NCBI RefSeq assembly: GCF_032444005.1
Contig: NC_091289.1
Location: 30,256,001 to 30,320,000, forward strand
DNA length: 64,000 bases
Origin: Ranitomeya imitator
Taxonomy: Eukaryota
Reading direction: 5' to 3'
This document shows, one piece after another, positions 26,031-38,456 of this stretch; positions within the stretch are counted from its first letter, which is position 1; each line of letters begins with the position of its first letter. The translations under genes and the position numbers were made by a program. Under the pieces are notes generated by a model. It made no database searches and was not told the origin of the DNA. It saw only the letters and a list, made by a program, of their open reading frames with translations.

Positions 26031-26707
26031 AGTAGCAATAAAGCTTTATGATGGCACATGAGTGATACGACTGATCGATGATACCTGAGAGTCATGTTAA
26101 AAGAAAAAAAACTACATTTGGGCCCAGAAATTCAAGTTCCAGCTCCGCATGCGAGTATCTAAATTCCAGCTGTTGGACTCCTTTGGCAGCAGCATTATCC
26201 TTGGAAAGGATCAGGCATGTCGACATTTTAACATGCCCAATCTTTTTATTTTTTTTTCTTCCAGCCAATCTTGCGGTACATTTGAGAGAGTTAGAAATTC
26301 CCATTAATTTTCGCACGTCCAGTAACCCCTTAGTGGGCACCCGCAGCTCCTCTTCTGATTAGTGGCATCCTATCAGGCCAGCTGATCAAAAGATAGGAGA
26401 CAGATCAACGACTGCTGACCTGGGTCCTACCCATTTATTTCTTCATCTCCAATACTGATTTCCCACTGTTGAGTTCGGCATTTTCTGTTCAGTCCAGTCC
26501 AGATGGGCATGTGACCGCTGCAGGCAATCACTAGTCGCAAAGGTAAGTAACACTGTATCATGACTGCGGCGGTCATTTGTTAATCTATACCGAAGAGGAA
26601 GAACTGTGACCATTTGGAGAAGGAGATGCTGGATGTGTTGGATCAGAAGCGACAGAACAAGTTTGAAAATGGGCAAAATAATTATTTTATGCAGATATTA
26701 CAGTGAT

Positions 26708-26882
26708 AGTAACATAGTTAGTAAGGCCGAAAAAAGACATTTGTCCATCCAGTTCAGCCTATATTCCATCATAATAAATCCCCAGATCTACGTCCTTCTA
26801 CAGAACCTAATAATTGTATGATACAATATTGTTCTGCTCCAGGAAGACATCCAGGCCTCTCTTGAACCCCTCGACTGAGTTC
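26708..26882 (-). mobile_element. CR1-type LINE 3' end fragment
   Basis: agtaacatagttagtaaggccgaaaaaagacatttgtccatccagttcagcc resembles the reverse complement of amphibian CR1 3' tails; recognition from memory. Confidence 0.6.
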
Positions 26883-28394
26883 AGTGGTGATGCGGGAAGA
26901 AAAGCCATATTTTTGTTGATTACCGACCGCTTTCTAAGTGTGATCGGTCACATACCGGTCACCTATGGCTGCCGCTACTCACATTATCTGGTGAACTCCA
27001 GTGACCTCACACAAGGCCAATTAAATCTGACTGAAGAGTGTATCTGAGTGATGTAAGCCTTGCATTTGTTACCTTGGAGTTTGTTCCACCAGGTTACTGA
27101 TCTGGTATCATTTCATCAAACTTCTGTTTGCTCTTACAATCTACATTTGTTTCCTGGCTCGGACCTGCAGCTCACTCTTCGCCTGCTGTAAGCATAACAA
27201 ACTCCTTTCTGGAGATTGTTCACATTACTATTAATCCTGCATCACAGTATATCATCCCCATAAAGAAAAAAAAGTTTGTCTCTTCATCTCTGCTACCGGT
27301 GGCTTCCATTGTTTTATGAGTGAACGTGCTGGGATAAGGTGTTATGTGAGCATGCTCGGACAATATGTTCGAGTCCCCGCGGCTGCATGTTTTACGGCTG
27401 TTAGGCAATCCCCACGTGTTGCAGCTGTAAAACAAGCAGCCACGGGGACTCAAACATTATCCGAGCACATTTGCTCATGACTATTGTTAACCCTCTAGCC
27501 TTCTGATCGTGCACTCCACCTCCTAGCTTCAGGTGTTTTAATTACAGCAGGTCCAATACCCCTCCACAGAGAGAGAGAATTTTAGTCTAGGAAGAGGTTT
27601 CACATGTACCCATTCAGATGGAGACGTTTATTCTCAGCGAGGTAAGGCAAGCGTAGGACCTGGTATAAGAGAGATGCCGTAAAGAGGCTACCAGGTACAC
27701 ATAAAATTGGCCATTTTTATGCGCTAAAAGCTCTCATTTTTCATATTTCTAGTGCAGTAATGCAGTTCAAATTTTGTGTTTTCAAGTTTGCATGTTTTGG
27801 CGCTGCAGTGTGCTGCCTTATTTACTTAACTATTGTTAACCCTTTGTCTGCTGAAAGCATTACAAACTTTCCTCTGGATTAGTTCAATAACAAACGCTGC
27901 TGCTATCCCCAGACTGACTCTTCAGTTCCTGCGCTTTTCTACCCCCCCCCCCCTTATGTGTCTTCTGTTGCGTCTTGATCCTCACAGTTCAACTTGCCGT
28001 CTGTGCACATGAGGCTGAGTTTTGATGATGCCGCATATGGTTGGATGCACTTGAGCAGGTGGGCAATGGTGAAGGCTTAAAACTCGCGATAGGGGAAGGT
28101 TCACACTACAGTATGGCAGCTGTAATTTTTTTCCCTCTTTATTACAGCGACAATTGCAAGTCTCATGATCCGATATAATGGCAGTATATAGACGTATACT
28201 TCTGCTGGTTCGGGTCTGAAGACCCTCGTTCACACCAGGAATTGCAACAGTAATTCAGTCATGAGTGAATATTTACTACACAATTAAAAATAACCAAAAT
28301 TATTATTATATTAGACGCCAATATTCTGGGTCAACGAAGCACATCGAGCAAAATCTTAAACTTAAAGAATATCATACAAAGTCTTACACTCTGA

Positions 28395-28886
28395 TCAGTG
28401 GCCATGAATGAGCACTTTCACCGTCCCTTCCATGACGGTCCGGCCACCATTAGCGGCTACACAAGATACACTGATGAACGCCAATGATCTCTTTAGCGCC
28501 TTCACTTGTGCTCTTGCTACCACTTCTTCCCCAGCGTGGAGAGGTGCCGGGAAGCGAATGTCCTGGGAAAGGAGCACACAACCGTCCCCTGGCAGCTTCG
28601 TGCCCAACACGGCAGACACCAGGCCGTTGAGTAGGACCCCATGTACGACGGGTTTTTCAAATCTTGTGTTCTTAGCAAAAGTCTCATCGAGGTGCAGAGG
28701 ATTAGTGTCACCAGTCAGCTCCGAGAAGAGTTTAACGTCCTTCTGAGTGAAGGTCCTGGAGATCTCGGCGCTGTCCCCTACCTGCAGGTGCGACAGCTTC
28801 CGTGTGTGATTACTGAAGCAACTTAACATGGAAAGGTTTGAGGAAACGGCCAAAGATCTTCCACCGGTGACCAAGTGATGGAGCAT
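28395..28886 (-). CDS. HTD2: Mitochondrial hydroxyacyl-thioester dehydratase type 2 (MaoC-like hotdog fold), intronless, 163 aa
   Basis: Hydratase-2 motif FSELTGDTNPLHLD plus VHGVLLNGLVSAVLGTKLPG and QDIRFPAPL; Ser/Leu/Arg-rich leader resembling a mitochondrial targeting peptide; lies in the RPP14 last exon as in other vertebrates. Confidence 0.95.
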   Translation of the reverse strand: MLHHLVTGGRSLAVSSNLSMLSCFSNHTRKLSHLQVGDSAEISRTFTQKDVKLFSELTGDTNPLHLDETFAKNTRFEKPVVHGVLLNGLVSAVLGTKLPGDGCVLLSQDIRFPAPLHAGEEVVARAQVKALKRSLAFISVSCVAANGGRTVMEGTVKVLIHGH

Positions 28887-28898
28887 CCTGAGGAACGT

Positions 28899-28955
28899 CT
28901 AGTCCAGGACTAGTTCTCTGCTGTTACCAGCCAACGCCAACAGGAAAGGTGATGT
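28899..28955 (-). CDS. RPP14: RPP14 last coding exon (TSPFLLALAGNSRELVLD*)
   Basis: Matches the human C-terminus VSPFLLALSGNSRELVLD; acceptor cccttctccatcag; TAG at 28901-28899. Confidence 0.95.
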   Translation of the reverse strand, partial: TSPFLLALAGNSRELVLD

Positions 28956-29086
28956 CTGATGGAGAAGGGACAGAAGACGGCAAACATGTTGCTCAGCTAT
29001 GCAGCAAGACTACAAAAACAAGTTGCCCCGGTCATGCATCGCTGGCGGAGACATGGTCACCAGATCCGCGCTCCATGGGAATTTAC

Positions 29087-29165
29087 CTGTAACACACGAA
29101 CGCTGCACTGCAGGCCCTGGTATTGTCCCAGCAGGGTCAGAGATGTCCACAGCTTCACAAGGCCA
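29087..29165 (-). CDS. RPP14: RPP14 coding exon (GLVKLWTSLTLLGQYQGLQCSVRVLQ)
   Basis: Matches human GLVKLWSSLTLLGSYKGKKCAFRVIQ; cttcttacag / gtaaat; 79 nt. Confidence 0.95.
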
Positions 29166-29749
29166 CTGTAAGAAGAGATCACATTCAACAAATACGGATA
29201 AAAAAAAAAAAGAATGTAGATTATTATATGGCTTTATACACAGGACTGTGTGAACAGCTGCATTGAAGAACACTAAAGGCCAGAGAAACCTTTTAACGCG
29301 GAAAATGAATTTCACATGCAAGTTGTTATCTTTAAGATAATAAAATTGTTAAGTTTAAGTCTGCAAGATTCATTCTTTTATTCATTTTTATGACTGATCC
29401 AAAATTCAGATATTTCTCATGTGGGAGCGTCTCTCCCAGTAATATAGGCTGGATGTGAGCTCTGCTGTTTTCACTGCTCTTATATCAGCACAGCTTCTAT
29501 CCTGCACCAAGTTCCTCTTCTTGTGTTTTCCTCCTTGTTTATAGCCTGCTTTTCTCCACCCTACCCGGATTACTTCCTCCCCTCTCCATGCTTAATTTTG
29601 CTTTTTGGAAGGAAATAACCAATAAACCAAAATTCTGTTCTATGACGTCTAAGTAAATAATTAGCGTCTTCCATATACAGACAGGAAATATACTAATTAC
29701 GCCTTGACTTACACCCATTATATTTTACCCATTGGCCACAGCTACTTAC

Positions 29750-29826
29750 CTGCTCTTGATCCTCAGTATGGCGCACAGGGTCTTTTCATCAAATTTTAAC
29801 AGGTCCAACGGGAAGGAAGCTCCGAC
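29750..29826 (-). CDS. RPP14: RPP14 coding exon (VGASFPLDLLKFDEKTLCAILRIKS)
   Basis: Matches human VDAALPLDILTYEEKTLSAILRICS; ttgttctcag / gtaagt; 77 nt. Confidence 0.95.
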
Positions 29827-30237
29827 CTGAGAACAAGGACACAATGTGCAATTTTTAATCTTTTTCCATGTACAACAAAACTCTGAGGTCTTATTTTTTT
29901 GCTTGAAAAAAGTTTTGCGAAAACAACTGGTGAAAAATAATTTAAAAAAAAAAATGTCGCATCTTTATAGCAAATTTTGAGACAATCTGCTCAAATCAAA
30001 AGGATTTAAAAAAAAAAATGCTCAGGGGGAAAAAAAATTAAAGTTTAGAGGACCTCAAAACCTCAGTGTGAGCGTTGCCTGAAGCGGTGTGTTGTCTGAA
30101 TGGAGAGAGAGGAATACGCTGCTGCCACAAACATCTGAGAACCTAGGATGAGGCATGTAGAAATTCGGCATATCCAATCCTTTTTTTTCTATTAACTGAT
30201 TTTAGTTCGTCAGAAATAATAGTTTATTGTATATTAC

Positions 30238-30322
30238 CTCTCCGTGCAAATCCTTCAATGCCGAGAGAATCAATGACTTGAACTGAGCTGCAGAAATCTT
30301 CGGGGTCTTGTCTTGAAAGACC
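30238..30322 (-). CDS. RPP14: RPP14 coding exon (VFQDKTPKISAAQFKSLILSALKDLHGE)
   Basis: Matches human AAQFKQLLISAVKDLFGE; atctacag / gtaata; 85 nt. Confidence 0.95.
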
Positions 30323-30393
30323 CTGTAGATAATACACAGTCCGTTACATGCGGCGGTAGAGTTTGAGTAGTAGGAGATTTTATAGATACTTAC

Positions 30394-30485
30394 AGCTGAG
30401 TCTTCAAGTAATGATACTCGGAGAAGTTCTTCTGCACGATCCTCTGGTACGTGGTGGCTTCTGCAGGTTTGGGTCTATCTTCCAT
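30394..30485 (-). CDS. RPP14: RPP14 first coding exon (MEDRPKPAEATTYQRIVQKNFSEYHYLKTQL)
   Basis: Matches human ATYERVVYKNPSEYHYMKVCL; ATG at 30485 in strong context (agcATGG); acceptor at 30501-30500, donor gtaagt. The five exons total 390 nt = 129 aa + stop. Confidence 0.93.
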
Positions 30486-30566
30486 GCTTATACATTCAGC
30501 TTAAAGAAGAGGAGAAGAACGTAGATGTCACCACTGGTGACTGCTTGAACAGACCTGCTTAGTTGT

Positions 30567-30732
30567 NNNNNNNNNNNNNNNNNNNNNNNNNNNNNNNNNN
30601 NNNNNNNNNNNNNNNNNNNNNNNNNNNNNNNNNNNNNNNNNNNNNNNNNNNNNNNNNNNNNNNNNNNNNNNNNNNNNNNNNNNNNNNNNNNNNNNNNNNN
30701 NNNNNNNNNNNNNNNNNNNNNNNNNNNNNNNN
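30567..30732. other. Assembly gap (N run)
   Basis: 166 N; flanked by the short inverted repeat tagatgtcacc / ggtgacatcta. Confidence 1.
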
Positions 30733-32957
30733 GGTGACATCTAATGGTTAAGCATGACTATTACATGCATACATAAAAGGTAAAAGATAAGAGCATGCAG
30801 TGTATAGAGGGGTATTCTTCCAGTCTCGGAAAACTTCTGCCCCTGCTGCAAATTGTTTAAAAATTTTTTTTTTTTAACTCACCCTCCCCAGGTCCAACAC
30901 TGAGTCTCCGCCACTGTTCCTTGTGCCTGTTATTGCCTGCAGTGCTGATGTCTCCTAGAAAGCGCTGCAGATAATCAGTGAGCGTAGAGAGTTTGCCCAA
31001 GTTGACATAATGAGCCGATCAGCTAAGTTATTGACTGCAGCACTGTCGACATGACAGCAGCGATTGTGACTCAGCACTGGACCTGGGGAGGGTGAGTGTG
31101 GGAAGAGGTTTTGTGTTTTTTTTTGGGGGGGTGGGGTGGGGGGTGATTAAACTGCGCATGGGAACAGGAGGTTTCCAAAACCGGAAATCCTCTGTAAGTG
31201 CCGCACATCTATAACACACGCCCTGCTACTGACCAATGAGCTCCGTAATGACCACCTCCGACGCGCGTTTTTGTTTTGGTGACCCCTGTCTGGGCTCCAA
31301 TGAACTACACCAGTGATTTGCGCCATAGATCGCTGTAAGGGCTGTTTCAGGTGTCCGTGATAATCAGCCTGATCTCAGATCGCGATCCAAACATCAGACG
31401 ATTACCTGAAAGATCCCTAATTATTAGCCGTTCTCCTTACTCTGCAAGTCCTGTAGATTAAGACCATAATAAGTGCTGTTTGCACGCAGCCTAAATTTTG
31501 CCCACCTGGCCAACGTCTGCACATTTTTAAAAAAAGAAAATTAAGTAGCCATTGGCCACCAAGGGGAGGCAGAGTCTCATCCACATGCAGCCGGCCGATC
31601 CAGGCGATATATGAAATGTGCGGCGTTTCCTGGTTATCAGCGGCTAGAGCAGCCACATACTCCCTACTAGGGGCTATCCTTTCAGGATGAGGCTTCACAC
31701 TGCGAATGGTCATGTAGACGAAACTCTGCCCTCCAACAGGATAGATCTAGAAAAAGAAAAGTCTGCGCTCATCACCAAATATCCAAAAAGTAAGAGTCAC
31801 TGAAGTTACACTCCATAGTTCACCCTTTTATAACATATCGATGCATTAAACGAGCTGCCTCAGTCCGTGTCCCCATGAGGCGAGTACAGCTGTTGTTACG
31901 GGGGGGAACCTAGTGATCGAGAAGGGGTTCTCCAAGTCGTGGACAACCCCTTTAAGTGTAAGAATCAAAGCCTTTATGCACTAAAAAAAATATGAAGAAA
32001 ATGAAGTTATATTCTCCCAGCAGCTGCTCGTTTCCAGTCATCGGAGTAGCTATAATCCCCCTGCAAGTAATGTTTTTTTTTGGGGGGGAGGGGGGCTTTA
32101 GCCGCCACACTCCCTTTAAGCTTTCATAGAGCCCCCGATTCACTCACATGTCATCAATATCAGAACATAGGAGCTGCAGTACCAAAACCGGCAGTGTCCA
32201 GTGTGCGGAGCAGCTGTGGGGTCTCGGCTCGTGCTCTCCGGGCTCAATCCATCATTGCACTTTTGAGTTTAGGTTTTGGAATTTTTCTTTAAATTTTCAC
32301 CTTCTTTAAAGTAACTTTTGTGTTCGCCCGTTTTATTTTCGTCGTTGCGGGCAAGGGTTTTATTTCCCACATTTTCTGACGATTCATCAAATATGACTTT
32401 TTTCACAATTGTACTCCCAAGTATTTCCCTCGCCCCCGGGAATGATTTTATGTCCGGTTGAAACTTTAAACTTTAGGTTAAAAACAAAAATAAAAATCCC
32501 TTCTGATTCTGTGCGACTCATGAACAGCCGGCGGGGCCCATAACAGTCGGATATTAAAGGGATTGATATTAAAGGGGTTGTGATATTAAAGGGATAGGTC
32601 ATACATATCAGATCGGTGGAGGTCAGACACCAGGCAGAAACCTTTCTGTGTATTTGAGTTTTATGGAAGTAAAGAGTCCGACATGGCGTCCATTCACATG
32701 ACGCAGCATGTCTAACTGTGCAGCTCTCTATTGGACACATAGTGGGGGGCACAGAGCAGAAGACCCCAACACTATGACATTGCCACGCCGCAGTATGGCG
32801 TAAGGACCAGGCATAGGTCTTGGAACATCCCCTTTTATTAGGAGTAACACTTCAGACAGCAGCAGTAATGGAGCACAAGCACCTGACTGACCACTTGCAT
32901 TAATAAATAATTGAGTCTCTTCTATACAGTTAAAGCCACGCGTAATCCAGCACTCAC

Positions 32958-33320
32958 CGGCATATTCCCCGGAGCAATGAAGCCCACAAGCGTCTGTGAC
33001 CTCATGTTTCCCTACAAGACTATTCAGAAACTGATTAGGTTAGCGGCCATATTTGAGAAGACCAAAACGCATAGACGACAAATTATGTCTCAGCCAAAAT
33101 GGCGCCTAACGTGGAGACATCACAGCAAGCGTGTATGCACTTCTCTTCTGTGCGCTGTGTAAACTTTTCCCCCGGGAACTGTAACATTGTTCTTAACGTT
33201 CCTAAACACAGAAGTCAAAGACTGTAGTGTACCGCCCTCTAGCGGACAAATAGAGTAAGGAGCGGAAGTCGTAACGAGAGAGAACGTAGCGTAATATTCG
33301 GTCAGAGCAGCGCGTATCTG
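32958..33320 (-). promoter_or_regulatory. Putative RPP14/HTD2 promoter and non-coding first exon
   Basis: CpG-enriched patch; strong minus-strand donor ccg|gtgagt at 32957; YY1-like caaaatggcg 33095-33104; ETS-like cggaagt 33263-33269. Assignment is inference. Confidence 0.4.
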
Positions 33321-33729
33321 TCTGTCTACCTCTCAGGGTCCAATATGTGGATACAGTATAAATACAGATTACAGGTTGATAGAGAAACAGATGTTTATAG
33401 CCTTAGAACAGAAAAGGTTGCTCAGATTTGCTAAATTTTGCATATTTTATATTATTTGCAAATTTGTAAATATTGGCCTCCTGAAATTACTCCAGATCAA
33501 GTGTCCACTTCTGTTGAGTTGCTTTATTAAGACACAGGACAGCCCTCCAAAGTTTGCAAGACGATAGATACTAATGTGTACCATGCTACGGCAATTTTAC
33601 TTTTAGATTAAGCCACTTCCTAACTGCTGGGTCCTTTATATATGGACACATCAAAATATTGATCCTAGTAAAGCCCATTAGTGCTGCCACACAGTACAGT
33701 TTCACTTTCATGCTCCCAACAATGACCCT

Positions 33730-36700
33730 CACACACAGTATGATGTCCCCACAGTACATTCCCCTACACACAGTATGATGTCCCCACAGTACATTCCCCT
33801 ACACACAGTATGATGCCCCCACAGTACATTCCACCCACACACAGTATGATTTCCCCACAGTACATTCCCCTACACACAGTATGATGTCCCCACAGTACAT
33901 TCCCCTACACACAGTATGATGCCCCCACAGTACATTCCACCCACACACAGTATGATTTCCCCACAGTACATTCCCCTACACACAGTATGATTTCCCCACA
34001 GTACATTCCCCTACACACAGTATGATGCCCCCACAGTACATTCCACCCACACACAGTATGATTTCCCCACAGTACATTCCCCTACACACAGTATGATGTC
34101 CCCACAGTACATTCCCCTACACACAGTATGATGCCCCCACAGTACATTCCACCCACACACAGTATGATTTCCCCACAGTACATTCCCCTACACACAGTAT
34201 GATCTCCCCACAGTACATTCCCCCACACACAGTATGATGCCCCCACAGTACATTCCACCCACACACAGTATGATTTCCCCACAGTACATTCCCCCACACA
34301 CAGTATGATGTCCCCACAGTACATTCCACCCACACACAGTATGATTTCCCCACAGTACATTCCCCCACACACAGTATGATGTCCCCACAGTACATTCCCC
34401 CCACACACAGTATGATTTCCCCACAGTACATTCCCCCACACACAGTATGATGTCCCCACAGTACATTCCACCCACACACAGTATGATTTCCCCACAGTAC
34501 ATTCCCCCACACACAGTATGATGTCCCCACAGTACATTCCCCCCACACACAGTATGATTTCCCCACAGTACATTCCCCCACACACAGTATGATGTCCCCA
34601 CAGTACATTCCCCCCACACAGTATGATGTCCCCACAGTACATTCCCCTACACACAGTATGATGTCCCCACAGTACATTCCCCCTCACACACAGTATGATG
34701 CCCCCACAGTACATTCCACCACATACAGTATGATGTCCCCACAGTACATTCCCCCACACACAGTATGATGTCCCCACAGTACATTCCACCCACACAGTAT
34801 GATTTCCCCACAGTACATTCCCCCACACACAGTATGATTTCCCCACAGTACATTCCCCCACACACAGTATGATTTCCCCACAGTACATTCCACCCACACA
34901 GTATGATTTCCCCACAGTACATTCCCCCACACACAGTATGATGTCCCCACAGTACATTCCCCCCACACACAGTATGATTTCCCCACAGTACATTCCCCCA
35001 CACACAGTATGATTTCCCCACAGTACATTCCCCCACACACAGTATGATGTCCCCACAGTACATTCCCCCACACACAGTATGATTTCCCCACAGTACATTC
35101 CCCCACACACAGTATGATGTCCCCACAGTACATTCCCCCACACACAGTATGATGTCCCCACAGTACATTCCCCCACACACAGTATGATTTCCCCACAGTA
35201 CATTCCCCCACACACAGTATGATGTCCCCACAGTACATTCCACCCACACACAGTATGATGCCCCCACAGTACATTCCCCCACACACAGTATGATGTCCCC
35301 ACAGTACATTCCACCCACACACAGTATGATTTCCCCACAGTACATTCCCCCACACACAGTATGATGTCCCCACAGTACATTCCACCAACACACAGTATGA
35401 TTTCCCCACAGTACATTCCCCCACACACAGTATGATGTACCCACAGTACATTCCACCAACACACAGTATGATTTCCCCACAGTACATTCCCCCACACACA
35501 GTATGATGTCCCCACAGTACATTCCACCAACACAGTATGATTTCCCCACAGTACATTCCCCCACACACAGTATGATGTCCCCACAGTACATTCCCCCCAC
35601 ACACAGTATGATTTCCCCACAGTACATTCCCCCACACACAGTATGATGCCCCCACAGTACATTCCCCTACACACAGTATGATTTCCCCACAGTACATTCC
35701 CCCACACACAGTATGATGTCCCCACAGTACATTCCACCCACACACAGTATGATTTCCCCACAGTACATTCCCCCACACACTGTATGATGCCCCCACAGTA
35801 CATTCCACCCACACACAGTATGATTTCCCCACAGTACATTCCCCCACACACAGTATGATTTCCCCACAGTACATTCCCCCACACACAGTATGATGTCCCC
35901 ACAGTACATTCCACCCACACACAGTATGATTTCCCCACAGTACATTCCCCCACACACTGTATGATGCCCCCACAGTACATTCCACCCACACACAGTATGA
36001 TTTCCCCACAGTACATTCCCCCACACACTGTATGATGCCCCCACAGTACATTCCACCCACACACAGTATGATTTCCCCACAGTACATTCCCCCACACACA
36101 GTATGATGTCCCCACAGTACATTCCCCCCACACACAGTATGATTTCCCCACAGTACATTCCCCCACACACAGTATGATGTCCCCACAGTACATTCCCCCC
36201 ACACAGTATGATGTCCCCACAGTACATTCCCCCTCACACACAGTATGATGTCCCCACAGTACATTCCCCCCACACAGTATGATGTCCCCACAGTACATTC
36301 CCCCTCACACACAGTATGATGCCCCCACAGTACATTCCCCCACACACAGTATGATGTCCCCACAGTACATTCCCCCCACACAGTATGATGTCCCCACAGT
36401 ACATTCCCCCCACACTCAGTATGATGTCCCCACTGTACATTCCCCCACACACAGTATGATGTCCCCACAGTACATTCCCTCACACACAGTATGATGTCCC
36501 CACAGTACATTCCCCCCACACACAGTATGATTTCCCCACAGTACATTCCCCCCACACTCAGTATGATTTCCCCACAGTACATTCCCCCCTCACTCAGTAT
36601 GATTTCCCCACAGTACATTCCCCCCACACTCAGTATGATTTCCCCACAGTACATTCCCCCCACACTCAGTATGATTTCCCCACAGTACATTCCCCCCACA

Positions 36701-37620
36701 CTCAGTATGATTTCCCCACAGTACATTCCCCCCACACTCAGTATGATTTCCCCACAGTACATTCCCCAACACACAGTATGATTTCCCCACAGTACATTCC
36801 CCCACACACAGTATGATTTCCCCACAGTACATTCCCCCTCACACAGTATGATTTCCCCACAGTACATTCCCCCACACTCAGTATGATGTCCCTACAGTAC
36901 ATTCCCCCACACACAGTATGATGTCCCCACAGTACATTCCCCATACACAGTATGATGTCCCCACAGTACATTCCCCCACACAGTATGATTTCCCCACAGT
37001 ACATTCCCCCACACTCAGTATGATGTCCCTACAGTACATTCCCCCCACACAGTATGATGTCCCCACAGTAAATTCCCCCCACACAGTATGATGTCCCCAC
37101 AGTACATTCCCCCCACACAGTATGATGTCCCCACAGTACATTCCCTCACACAGCATGATGTCCCCACAGTACATTCCCCCACACACAGTATGATGCCCCA
37201 CAGTACATTCCCCCACACACAGTATGATTTCCCCACTGTACATTCCCCCACACACAGTATGATTTCCCCACAGTACATTCCCCCCCTCACACAGTATGAT
37301 GTCCCCACAGTACATTCCCCCCCCCCCTCACACAGTATGATGTCCCCACAGTACATTCCCCCATACACAGTATGATTTCCCCACTGTACATTCCCCCACA
37401 CACAGTATGATTTCCCCACAGTACATTCCCCCCCTCACACAGTATGATGTCCCCACAGTACATTCCCCCCCCCCTCACACAGTATGATGTCCCCACAGTA
37501 CATTCCCCCCCCCTCACACAGTATGATTTCCCCACAGTACATTCCCCCCCTCACACAGTATGATGTCCCCACAGTACATTCCCCCCCCCCCCTCACACAG
37601 TATGATTTCCCCACAGTACT
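33730..37620. repeat. 35-36-bp minisatellite (cacacagtatgat[g/t]tccccacagtacattcccc), about 3.9 kb
   Basis: Direct periodicity; 12-aa repeats such as MYCGEIILCVGG in the minus-strand ORFs. Confidence 0.97.
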
Positions 37621-38456
37621 TTCTCCCACACGCAGTATAATACCCCACAAACACCCCTTGTCTGTGCGTCCTGCACCACAGTCTCTGCCGCCTAGTCACA
37701 TGACCTGTAAATATCATATGGTGTAAAGATCCTTGTTGATCTTCATTCTATACACAGACTAAATGGTGGCACAGGTATCTGATGGCTCCTCGCTCCACCG
37801 TAATATTCAGCTCTGTGTCTTGAGGATACAGATGAAGCTAAAGTCAGGACATATCCTTCAACTTCTGGGACAGCTTCCCAAATTCAGGACTGTCCCTCTC
37901 TGGCCTTGGGATGGCTGAAAGATATGACACAGCACATATAAATGGATTTCTCGTCTTATTATATGGGTAAAATTGCAGAGTGCTTGTCATGCACCTCTTA
38001 TTACAAAATCCCTTCCAATCTCAACATTTTTAATTATAAAGTTTACTGCTGATTACCACGGTAACCAGCCACTTTGGTGGCCGGCTTCTAAGGCAAAGAG
38101 TTTACTGTATAGCCTGTGACATTTTACACTTTCCAGGTAATAATTATATGAAGTGTGTAAAGTTCCAGTATGACCTCGACATTGGGATCCCCGTTACTGA
38201 TTTTCATGGTTTAGGATGGAACCTTGTTGCACCATTACGCTTTGGATAATCGCAGCATCAAATTGTATACCTCTTTATGCAAATTGCCTCTTCTGAGAAA
38301 AAGAGGACTTAACTCTATAGCGCCACCTGTTGGAAGTAGCGATCCTACAAGTCACAATCAACTCTTTAACGAGTCGTGCAATATGACTTTCTCAGAAGAG
38401 GCAATTTGCATATTATATTTCCCAGAGGAGCATTGCATGGCGAATAAGCCTCCTTA

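Noticed and set aside
28896-28901. Programmed stop-codon readthrough signal after RPP14
   Set aside because: Context UAG-ACG-UUC does not match known motifs such as UGA-CUAG; fusion is left only as a testable possibility
30528-30751. ORFs made mostly of X residues (also near 43.1 kb and 63.4 kb)
   Set aside because: Artefacts of N gaps, apart from the real ABHD6 exon at 63561-63710
31255-31275. Minus-strand aaaaacgcgcgtcggag as a hammerhead
   Set aside because: GAAA is mutated and there is no CUGANGA core or stem II; at most a Penelope remnant
34082-37726. ORFs up to 738 aa with Cys/Gly/Val repeats
   Set aside because: Pure minisatellite translation, open in several frames
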